From an uncultured Chloroflexia bacterium (GTDB lineage: Bacteria; Chloroflexota; Limnocylindria; Limnocylindrales; CSP1-4), in the NCBI GenBank assembly GCA_963713975.1, contig OY970218.1, positions 3,424,001 through 3,488,000 on the forward strand: a stretch of DNA of 64,000 nucleotides, written 5' to 3'. Positions 29,433 to 37,627 of this stretch are shown here, one piece after another. Positions within the stretch are counted from its first letter, which is position 1. Each line of letters starts with the position of its first letter. The notes under the pieces were generated by a model. It did not search any database. It worked only from the letters and a program-made list of their open reading frames with translations, and had not been told where the DNA came from. Made by a program: the position numbers and the translations under genes.

Positions 29433-29987
29433 GTGTCCACGCTGCCCGATCGTCCCCACACCGCCCTGCTCGTGATCGACGTCCAGAATGCCGTCGTCGC
29501 CGACTGCTACCACCGCGACGAGGTGGTCGCGAACATCCGCACCCTCGTGGACCGGGCGCGTGCCGAGGGCACCCCCGTCATCTGGGTCGCCGACGACGAC
29601 GAGGGCCACGAGATCGGCAGCGAGCCCTGGCAGATCGTCCCCGAGCTCCCGCGCGACGACGCCGAGCCCCGGATCGACAAGCACTACGGCGACGCCTTCG
29701 AGGAGACCGACCTCGAGCAGGTCCTGGCTCGCGCCGGCGTCGGGCGGCTCGTGGTGGCGGGCGCCCAGACCGACGCCTGCATCAGGTCCACGATTCACGG
29801 CGCCTTCACGCGCGGCTACGACGTGACCCTGGTCGGCGATGCGCACACGACCGAGGACGCCACCCAGTGGGGCATGCCGGCTCCCGACGCGGTGATCGCG
29901 ATGACCAACATCTCGTGGAAGTACCACACGGCCCCGGGCCGGACGGCGGACACGGTGGACACGGCGGAGGTCCGCTTCGGGGGCTGA
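29433..29987 (+). CDS. Isochorismatase-family cysteine hydrolase
   Basis: ALLVIDVQN, DKHYGDAF, GAQTDACIRST, DAHTT. Confidence 0.9.
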   Translation: MSTLPDRPHTALLVIDVQNAVVADCYHRDEVVANIRTLVDRARAEGTPVIWVADDDEGHEIGSEPWQIVPELPRDDAEPRIDKHYGDAFEETDLEQVLARAGVGRLVVAGAQTDACIRSTIHGAFTRGYDVTLVGDAHTTEDATQWGMPAPDAVIAMTNISWKYHTAPGRTADTVDTAEVRFGG

Positions 29988-30307
29988 ACCATTCAGCCCG
30001 CCGGCGACGGTGAGGCACATCGGGCGTCCGTGAGTATTGCGCGGCACCGTTGCGGCGAGCTCGCCGTCCAGCCACGCGAGCGCTCAGGGGGCGAATGAGG
30101 GCCCGCCGCGCGCCGCGTACGCGATGATCGCCTGCCGCTGCTCGGGGGTGGCCGCTGCGGGATCGAACGCGGCCATCAGTCGAACACCGGTCGCGAGATC
30201 GACCGCGCCAAGCCCAGCGCCCTTGACGGGAGCGCCCAAGATCAGGGCAGACGCAGCATCCGCTCCGCAGCCGCACCACCAGGGCAGGAGGACCCGCGAT
30301 GCACCCG

Positions 30308-30634
30308 ATGACAAGCACCGAGATCGACGCGATGTTCGATGTGCTGGTCGAGACCTGTGGCGCCGCTCCGGAGACGAGGTATGCGTTCGTCCAGAGCTTC
30401 GAGCGGCAGTTCGCGGCGGCAGCCGCGGGCTCGAGCGAGCCCGCCACCTTCATGATCGGCGGCTACCTGGGGTCCGGGGGCGCGGTCGTCATCCACGACG
30501 ACGGGATCACGGTCACCGCGATCGACGACACCCCGCGGGTGCACGCGGTGGTCAAGCGCGCCAACGCATCGCTCGCCCGACTGTACGCGAGCCTGGGGAC
30601 GACACCGGCCGAGGCACCGGGAACGGGCGGCTGA
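30308..30634 (+). CDS. Hypothetical protein
   Basis: 108 aa ORF with GC3-rich codon usage. Confidence 0.5.
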   Translation: MTSTEIDAMFDVLVETCGAAPETRYAFVQSFERQFAAAAAGSSEPATFMIGGYLGSGGAVVIHDDGITVTAIDDTPRVHAVVKRANASLARLYASLGTTPAEAPGTGG

Positions 30635-30722
30635 CCCAGGCGGCCCACGAGCCAGCGGGCGGCGAGCCCTCAAGGCGGACTCCGTGGCGCCGACGTGGCA
30701 GGATCGAGGGCGCTGCCCAGTC

Positions 30723-31028
30723 CTACGAGCGGTGCCCTCGAGAGCCCCGGCCGGCGGCGGGGTCGGGCGCGTAGGTCTCGAGCAGGCCCCGCAGGACCTC
30801 GCTGACCGTGCGACCCTCCTGCGCCGCCTTCGCGACCACGCGATCACGCAGTGGAGCCGGGACCCGTACGGTGACCCGTGGCGAGTGCTCCGTGCTGCCG
30901 CCGTCCAGAAAGGGCCTCCCTGTGCGCGGTCGCCACGCGGAGATGTCGTATCCCTGCTCCGCTTCGTCGGCCAGGCGATCGAGGTCCTCGTCCGTCAGGC
31001 GTCGTCCGCTCTTCGTTGTCACTGGCAT
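30723..31028 (-). CDS. Ribbon-helix-helix (CopG-like) antitoxin
   Basis: LADEAEQGYD..GRP..SPRVTVRVP..GRTVSEVLR; overlaps upstream toxin. Confidence 0.8.
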   Translation of the reverse strand: MPVTTKSGRRLTDEDLDRLADEAEQGYDISAWRPRTGRPFLDGGSTEHSPRVTVRVPAPLRDRVVAKAAQEGRTVSEVLRGLLETYAPDPAAGRGSRGHRS

Positions 31029-31291
31029 CGCATCACCTGCGCATAAGCAGCCTTGAAACGGGATCGCATGCGCATCGCATGAATGACGACCAGGTCCCCG
31101 TTCTCGAGCTCGATGCCAGCGACCTCCAGAGGGACGCCGTCGGCGTCAGGACCGAGGAACATCACGTGATCGCGTCGGCCCAAGTCCTCGTCTGGCGCGT
31201 ACAGCGGACATGGACAGGTCCCAATCACGAACGTCGCTCGCTCCAGGCTGATGCCGTGCCTCCCGGCTGAGCGTCGGAAGTGGATCGCCAC
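31019..31291 (-). CDS. Putative toxin (BrnT/RelE-like fold)
   Basis: SAGRHGIS..LGPDADGVPLEV..VVIHAMRMR pattern; toxin-first order. Confidence 0.7.
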   Translation of the reverse strand: MAIHFRRSAGRHGISLERATFVIGTCPCPLYAPDEDLGRRDHVMFLGPDADGVPLEVAGIELENGDLVVIHAMRMRSRFKAAYAQVMRCQ

Positions 31292-31300
31292 TTGTTGGCT

Positions 31301-31330
31301 ACCTTATGTCGGACACAATGCCCTTGTCAA
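31301..31330 (-). promoter_or_regulatory. sigma70 promoter of TA operon with palindromic operator TGTCGGACA
   Basis: TTGACA-18 nt-TAAGGT, 9 nt upstream of GTG; palindrome at 31307-31315. Confidence 0.65.
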
Positions 31331-31784
31331 TCGGCACCAACCATCCGGCTACGCGTGCCAACCAGTGCGGCGTTCCACAGGATGCGGGTCCCCACTCTCC
31401 TGCTGCTTACGTCCCAGCGGCGGCACGCCCTCCAGGCCACACCGTGTCCAAGTACACCTTCGCGAGATCCACCAGCACCGGTGCGACGTCGCGGAGCGCG
31501 TACGGCTGCCCCATCGCGATCGCCTCCTCGGCCGGCCACTCGCGCCAGATGTGGCCGCCCACACCCCAAGGTTGAGGGGACCGATCTGGGGCCAGTCGTC
31601 GACTGTCTCGACGCACCGGCCGGTGGCGACGTAGGCAGGGCCTCGACCGGTTCGTAGTCGACCGTTCGCGCAGGCGGCGAGCTCGAGGCGCGCCGGCCCC
31701 TCACACGCCAGCGAACCAGAGGGCCGTCCGGGAGGAACGTTAGGCAGGCTGAAATCAAGGTCAGCGGCGCGCTAACCTGACCGG

Positions 31785-33110
31785 ATGCGGGTGTTCGAAC
31801 TCTACCGCTACATGAAGCCCAGTCCGGGCCCGGACGTCGAGTTCATCGACGGGTACCGGAACATCTTCCACGCGACGCGGTGGCCCGCATGGCCCGGATT
31901 GGCTGACGCCGGGCGAGTCCAGCTCGACCACGGCATCGACTCGGTCAAGCAGATCAAGGCTGTCGACGGCGTCCGGCGGCCGGCAATCCTGATCGCATCG
32001 AAACCACACCGGGCGGGCTCGGACTGGACGCCGTGGCACGACGAGCTCGACCCTGAGCGCGGCTATGTTCGCTACTACGGCGACAACAAGGCGGATCTCG
32101 GACCTGACCCCTTGGCGCCGGCTGGAAACCGATCAGTGCTGAGTCAGTTCCCGCTCCATCAGGGAGCGTCGAGGTTGGATCGACTTCGGGCTGCCCCACT
32201 CCTCTTCTTCGAGAGCCTGATCCACGATGGAAAGGCCAAGGGATATTGGCGGTTCCTCGGAGTGGGCCTGGTCGAGCGCGCCGAGCTTGTCACTCAGATC
32301 GACCGGCGCCATCGACCATTCGTCAACTACGTGTTCGACTGCATGCTCGTCGATCTAAGCGCGGAAGATCTGGGCATCGCGTGGGAATGGATCGCAGCTC
32401 GCCGAGATCCATCCAAATCGCTGGAGGAATGCCTGGCATTGGCGCCCGCAAGCTGGCGACAGTGGGTCGAGAACGGCGCAGCCGTCAAGGAGCGAATCCG
32501 CCAGCACATGTCGCGGAGCAGCACGCTGAGCGCGCAGGACCAGCGACCCGATGCGGGAACTCCCGCTGAGGATGCACTGAGGCACGTGGTCGCTCACTAC
32601 AAGAGCCTCGGTGGCTTCCATGGCGTCGGCGAACACCAATTCGAAGGATTGGCATCCGAGATCACGGGTGGCGTCCTTCGCGAGAGTGGGCACTACACCC
32701 CGGGCTGGATAACGAAGCGAGCTGGCGACGGCGGGATCGACTTCGTGAGTCGACTCGACGTGGGCTCCGGCTCAGGCGCGCTCAAGCTGGTGGTGCTCGG
32801 CCAGGCCAAGTGCGTTGCTGGCGCAGCGCCGGTGACCAGCGGCCTTGACCTGGCTCGAACGGTTGCTCGTCTCGATCGCGGGTGGGTCGGAGCCTTTGTT
32901 ACCACGGGCTACTTCAGCGAGCAGGCCCAGCGTGAGGTCGTCACCGATCGATTCCCGCTGCTCATGCTAAATGGCCGGCATGTCGGAGAGGCCGTGGTAA
33001 GAGAGTCGGAGCTCCGCGGAGTCTCGGTGCCGGAATACATTCAGTCGATCGACGCCGACTACGAGTCGCGCCTGTCGAGCCGCTTGCCGGCGGAGATCCT
33101 CACCGATTGA
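31785..33110 (+). CDS. Modification-dependent (type IV/IIM) restriction endonuclease, AspBHI-like SRA-type N-terminus + Mrr-cat nuclease
   Basis: RPAILIAS..PWHDELD..VRYYGDNK..FLGVGLVERAE; C-terminal QFEGLA..GDGGIDF..GQAKC (Mrr D-x-QAK); more A/T-ending codons than neighbours. Confidence 0.8.
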   Translation: MRVFELYRYMKPSPGPDVEFIDGYRNIFHATRWPAWPGLADAGRVQLDHGIDSVKQIKAVDGVRRPAILIASKPHRAGSDWTPWHDELDPERGYVRYYGDNKADLGPDPLAPAGNRSVLSQFPLHQGASRLDRLRAAPLLFFESLIHDGKAKGYWRFLGVGLVERAELVTQIDRRHRPFVNYVFDCMLVDLSAEDLGIAWEWIAARRDPSKSLEECLALAPASWRQWVENGAAVKERIRQHMSRSSTLSAQDQRPDAGTPAEDALRHVVAHYKSLGGFHGVGEHQFEGLASEITGGVLRESGHYTPGWITKRAGDGGIDFVSRLDVGSGSGALKLVVLGQAKCVAGAAPVTSGLDLARTVARLDRGWVGAFVTTGYFSEQAQREVVTDRFPLLMLNGRHVGEAVVRESELRGVSVPEYIQSIDADYESRLSSRLPAEILTD

Positions 33111-33122
33111 GGCATCGGGGAG

Positions 33123-36100
33123 TTACGCCCGCTCCGGGCACATTGCCCGATAGTCGCAGTACTCGCACGTCTTGAAGCCCGGCGAGGCCGTGAACTCGCC
33201 GGCGCGGATCCGCCCCACGATCCCGGTGATCACCTCGCGGGCCGCATCCAGCTCCTCCTCGGAGCGCACCGTGGACCGCCGCTGGGCGCTCTCGGTGAAG
33301 TACAGGGTGACGAGCTCGGGCGTGCCCAAGCCCAGGGCATCGCGGCAGGCGAGCGCATAGATGGTGAGCTGGAGGTTCTCGGCAACGTCCTTCTGGGACT
33401 TGGTGGAGCCGGTCTTGTAGTCCAGGACCTCGATACCGCCGGACGGCAGCCGGTCGATGCGGTCGATGCTGCCGTAGATGCGAACGGGGGCGGGGCCGTC
33501 ATCGGGCACCAGGACAAGCTCGAAGTCGAGCTCCTCGTGGAGGGCCTCCCCCACCGTGCTGAGCTCGGCATTCCAGAAGTTGTCGAGCAGGCCCTCGGCG
33601 CGGCGCTTGTAGCCGGCCTCGGTGGCGACATCGCCGAAGTCGGCGGGCTTCCACTGGGCCGCGAACAGGGCCCCGAGCTCCTCGCGGGTGGGCGGCGCCT
33701 CACCGCGCGCGATCCGCTCCCGACGCATCCGCGTGAACTCCTCGAACGCCGCATGCGCCGTGTTGCCGAAGGAGAAGAACGCCTTGGGCTTGTCCGGCCC
33801 AGGGACCTTGTAGACGTACCGCAGCGCGAACTGGAGCGGGCACCTGGTGTAGGTGCTGAGGCTGGTGTACGAGAACCCGGACGGGGCGGGGGCGACGAGC
33901 AGGAGGTTGGCCCCGGCACCAGTGTCCAGGGCGACGCTGCGGAAGGTGAGCGGGTCCAAGCCTGCCGCTCGAGCCTCGTCGGCGGACATGGCGGCAGCCC
34001 GGCCCGTCGCGAGGAGGCGCGCCTCGTAGGCGACCCGGGCATCGGCGGCTTCGGGATCCGTGGCTGCCGAAGCCTCCATGAGGCCCACGATCTCCGCGGC
34101 CCGCAGGCGGAGGACGAGACGGCGCTCCCGCGTGGTGGGCAGCGGCATGACTCGGCGGGCGGCGGCGAGTGCGGCGCTGGTGGCGCAAGCCTCGGCGTCA
34201 TCGTCCTCATCCATGTCGTCGGGGTCTTCGGCCGCCTCGCCGGCCTCGGCCGCACCTTGGAGCGCCTCGGCCTCGGCCACCGTCCGATCGGTCACCACCA
34301 GCTCGGCCCCGTGCTCCTCGAGCAGCTCCCCGATGAAGACGGACTGGCCCTTCTTGGCCGCGGCACCCGCGTGCGTGGAGAGCAGCAGGCGGTCCTGCGC
34401 ACGGGTCATCGCCACGTACAGGAGCCGGCGCTCTTCGTCGGTGTGGAGGTTGCCGCCAGGGACCTGCTCGCGCAGGAGCTCGCGCGGGAACCAGCCTGAG
34501 CCCATCTCCCTGGTGGGCCACTCGCCCTCGAGCAGGTTGGGCACCACGACCACCGGGAACTCGAGGCCCTTGGCCTGGTAGAGGGTCATGAGGCGCACGC
34601 CCTCGACGTCCTCGGACAGCTCCACCGAGGTGGGCAGCTCGCCGCCGGCGGCGGTGTAGGCATCGAGGTAGTCCACGAAGTCAGCGAGCGTCCCAACCGG
34701 GTTGGCCCCCTGCCAGTCCGCGGCGAAGCGCAGGAAGCTCGCGACGTTGACGACCGAGCGCTTGGCCTCGAGCGTGCCCGCCGCCAGCAGCGAGAGCACG
34801 GTGGCCGTCAGCTCCACGTACCGCTCCAGGACGGTGTACGGGCCCTCGCGCCAGGTGAGCGGGTTGAGCTCCTCGATGGCGGCGAGCAGCTGGCGCAGCC
34901 TCGCTCGCGTCTCCGCCGGGACGGTGGTGGTTCGGGTGCGCCGGTCCTTGTCGTCGCCCGCCTCCGTCTCGGTCCGCTCCCCTCGCTCCACGATCCGCTT
35001 GATGGCGGCGATCGCGTGGCTGCGGTCCGTGCGCGCGTCGCGCATGACGGCGAGGACCTCGAGGGCGTCCAGGCGCCAGGGGCCGGCGGTCATCATGCGC
35101 ACGAGGGCCGGGTCGTTGGTGGGATCGGCGATGGCGCGCAGGGCCTGGTCCAGGTCCCGGATCTCGGGGGTCTCGAACAGGGAGAGGCCACCCACGACGG
35201 TGTACGGGATGTCCTCGGCGCGGAGGCGCTCCACGATCGCGTCGCGGTGCTTGTGCTTGCGGTACAGGATGGCGACGCTGCTCCAGGGTCTCGCGGTGCC
35301 GTTGTCGGTGGCGGCGCGGATGGCGTCCACGATGGCGACGGCCTCGTCCTCCGGGCCCGCGCAGATATGCAGTTCGATGGGGGCGCCGGCCTCCCGGTCG
35401 GTTCGCAGGACCTTGTCCGGCGCGAAGCGGGTGTTGTTGCACGCGATCAGCCGGTTGGCGCCGTCGAGGACATTGCGGACGGAGCGGAAGTTCTGCTCGA
35501 TGGCGAGGTGGCGGAGTGCACCGGGCGCGGAGCCGCCCGGGTCGTGCGCGGGCGGGCGCGAGAAGCGGGCGTCGAACTCGGCGAAGGCGGCGAAGCTGGC
35601 GCCGCGGAAGCGGTAGATGGACTGGTCGTCGTCCCCCACCACCATGACGTTGTCGGGGCGATCCGGCGTACGCCCCAAGAGCTCGATGAGCTCGATCTGG
35701 GCGACGTTCGCGTCCTGGAACTCGTCAACCAGGATGTAGCGGTAGCGTCGCTGCCAGCTGCACAGGACGTTGGGGCGCTCCTTGAAGAGGCGCGTGACGA
35801 GAGCGATCTGCTCCCCGAAGTCGAGGGCGCCGCGCGAGGCGAGGGCCTCCTCGTAGGCGCGATAGACCTGGGCGAGCTCGTCGAGGCGGAGGATCTCGAA
35901 GCCGGCGCCGTCGCGCTCGTAGTCCGCGGCAAGCTCCGCGATCCGGGCGTGCTGGTCTGCGTCGAAGTCCTTCGGGCGATGGGCGTAGCCGTCGCCGGCT
36001 GTCACGCGGCGGGCCTCCCGGTCCGCGATGGCCGCCGGGCGGGGGGCCTTCACGGGCTTCTTGCCGGGCGGTGTTGGCGCCAGCGTGCCGTTGTCGCGGG

Positions 36101-36803
36101 CCCTCTCCCAGGAGCGAAGTCCGGCGTACGCAGAGCGCGTGTCCCTGGTGCCGCGGACGGTGCCGGTCATCCGGAGTCGTTCCTCAATCGCCTCGTAGGA
36201 GCCGTAGCGTTCCTCGAAGATGACGCGCTCGGTGTCCACCCAGGCCTCGAAATCGTCCGGGGTCACCAGCTCGTCCTTGGCGCGGTTGATGAACTTGACG
36301 AAGTCCGCGTGCGAGTACTCCGAGTGGTAGCGCAGGTCCAGCGCCTCGTGCATGCCGCGCAGGAGGAGGAGCTGGCCGACACCATCGAGCACCTCGGGCC
36401 GGGGTGGCAGACCGGCGTCGGCGCTGCTCTCGGTGAGGATCGTCTGGCAGAAGCTGTGGAAGTTGCTGACGGCCATCCGGGCGCGCGCGGCCGGCCCCAC
36501 GGCCTGGTCCAGCCGCTCCTGGAGCTCGCGTGCAGCCTTGACGTTGTAGGTCAGGACCAGGAGCTGCTCGGGTGAGAGCGGGCCGTCGAAGGGACTGCCG
36601 TGGCGCGGCGTGGGCTCCGCGGGGATGGCGGTCCCGGCGGCGGTCCGCTTGCCCTTGGTCTCGAGGAGCCAGCGCACCCGCTCCACGATGACCCGCGTCT
36701 TGCCGGTGCCGGCGCCGGCGATGACCACGACCGGGCCGTCATCCGTCTCGACGATGGCGCGCTGCTCAGGCGTCAGCGCGAACGGGTCTCCCGCGGCGGT
36801 CAC
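33123..36803 (-). CDS. UvrD-family helicase fused to Fe-S PD-(D/E)XK nuclease (AdnB/AddA-like)
   Basis: AGAGTGKT, VDEFQD, VGDDDQSIYRFRGA, YQAKGLEF, EERRLLYVAMTRA; RCP..GSIDRID..LDYKTG..QL.IY..CEYCDYRAMC. Confidence 0.9.
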   Translation of the reverse strand: MTAAGDPFALTPEQRAIVETDDGPVVVIAGAGTGKTRVIVERVRWLLETKGKRTAAGTAIPAEPTPRHGSPFDGPLSPEQLLVLTYNVKAARELQERLDQAVGPAARARMAVSNFHSFCQTILTESSADAGLPPRPEVLDGVGQLLLLRGMHEALDLRYHSEYSHADFVKFINRAKDELVTPDDFEAWVDTERVIFEERYGSYEAIEERLRMTGTVRGTRDTRSAYAGLRSWERARDNGTLAPTPPGKKPVKAPRPAAIADREARRVTAGDGYAHRPKDFDADQHARIAELAADYERDGAGFEILRLDELAQVYRAYEEALASRGALDFGEQIALVTRLFKERPNVLCSWQRRYRYILVDEFQDANVAQIELIELLGRTPDRPDNVMVVGDDDQSIYRFRGASFAAFAEFDARFSRPPAHDPGGSAPGALRHLAIEQNFRSVRNVLDGANRLIACNNTRFAPDKVLRTDREAGAPIELHICAGPEDEAVAIVDAIRAATDNGTARPWSSVAILYRKHKHRDAIVERLRAEDIPYTVVGGLSLFETPEIRDLDQALRAIADPTNDPALVRMMTAGPWRLDALEVLAVMRDARTDRSHAIAAIKRIVERGERTETEAGDDKDRRTRTTTVPAETRARLRQLLAAIEELNPLTWREGPYTVLERYVELTATVLSLLAAGTLEAKRSVVNVASFLRFAADWQGANPVGTLADFVDYLDAYTAAGGELPTSVELSEDVEGVRLMTLYQAKGLEFPVVVVPNLLEGEWPTREMGSGWFPRELLREQVPGGNLHTDEERRLLYVAMTRAQDRLLLSTHAGAAAKKGQSVFIGELLEEHGAELVVTDRTVAEAEALQGAAEAGEAAEDPDDMDEDDDAEACATSAALAAARRVMPLPTTRERRLVLRLRAAEIVGLMEASAATDPEAADARVAYEARLLATGRAAAMSADEARAAGLDPLTFRSVALDTGAGANLLLVAPAPSGFSYTSLSTYTRCPLQFALRYVYKVPGPDKPKAFFSFGNTAHAAFEEFTRMRRERIARGEAPPTREELGALFAAQWKPADFGDVATEAGYKRRAEGLLDNFWNAELSTVGEALHEELDFELVLVPDDGPAPVRIYGSIDRIDRLPSGGIEVLDYKTGSTKSQKDVAENLQLTIYALACRDALGLGTPELVTLYFTESAQRRSTVRSEEELDAAREVITGIVGRIRAGEFTASPGFKTCEYCDYRAMCPERA

Positions 36804-36816
36804 CTGCTTCGGCCCC

Positions 36817-37317
36817 CTAGTAGCGGTAGAGGGACGCCACGAAGGGCACCCGGTTGTAGAGCATCAGCCCCAGGGGGAGCGTGATGATCAGCACGATGAG
36901 GGCGAAGCCGATGGACATCGCGAGAGCCGACGCCCACCACCCCACGACGATGAACCACAGGCCGCGGATCCACCACGGCTGCTGGGTGATCGGCACGGAC
37001 TGGCCGATGCCGCCGCGGGTGCCGTCGCTCCACGTGGCGTAGGTCTCCGTCCGAGGACGCAGCGTCAGGACCGTGGGGATCCGGTTCACCAGCCAGATCC
37101 CCAGGGGCAGGCCGATGATCGTGATCATGGCCAGCCAGGCGACGGCCGACGTGATGCCGGTCAGCCACCAGCCGACGAGCACGAACCACAGCGCCCGCAC
37201 GAGCATGCCGGGACCGCGCTTCGCCTCGTGGAAGGTCACGGTCAGCGGGGGCGGCGGCACCATCGGCACGCCGGGCGGAGGGACCTGGCCCATGGGCGGC
37301 TCAGCGGGTCCCGTCAC
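36817..37317 (-). CDS. YccF-domain membrane protein
   Basis: Duplicated RALWFVLVGWW..ITIIGLPLG / RGLWFIVVGWW..IITLPLG. Confidence 0.8.
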   Translation of the reverse strand: MTGPAEPPMGQVPPPGVPMVPPPPLTVTFHEAKRGPGMLVRALWFVLVGWWLTGITSAVAWLAMITIIGLPLGIWLVNRIPTVLTLRPRTETYATWSDGTRGGIGQSVPITQQPWWIRGLWFIVVGWWASALAMSIGFALIVLIITLPLGLMLYNRVPFVASLYRY

Positions 37318-37415
37318 GCGAGCTCTCCGCGCGGTTCGATCTGGGTCATGGCCTCATCATCCTCCACGGTGGCGTGACAGGTTGGGTGTCACGGGCGGGC
37401 GACCCAACGGTGCAG

Positions 37416-37598
37416 GGATCACCGGCAGTGCTATTCCGCGGCATTCCTGCCCGATTGCCCGCGGTCCTCTCGCGCCGTGCCGCCCTGGACGCCGGGCGCA
37501 TCACCACCGGTGATCGCCATGGCGAGATCCAGCTTCTGGAGCGCCGGGTACCACCGCCGGGTTGCGCGGCAGTGCCCGGATAGCACGGCTGGTGATCC
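37416..37598. repeat. Element with about 28 bp imperfect terminal inverted repeats (MITE-like)
   Basis: GGATCACCGGCAGTGCTATTCCGCGGCA vs reverse complement of right end GGATCACCAGCCGTGCTATCCGGGCA. Confidence 0.6.
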
Positions 37599-37627
37599 GC
37601 CGGGCCACAGACAGCCAAGGACGCCGC

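Noticed and set aside
33123-33900. Cas4-like nuclease implying a CRISPR system
   Set aside because: The Fe-S PD-(D/E)XK domain is fused to a UvrD helicase as in AdnB/AddB-type repair enzymes; no cas1/cas2 or array nearby.
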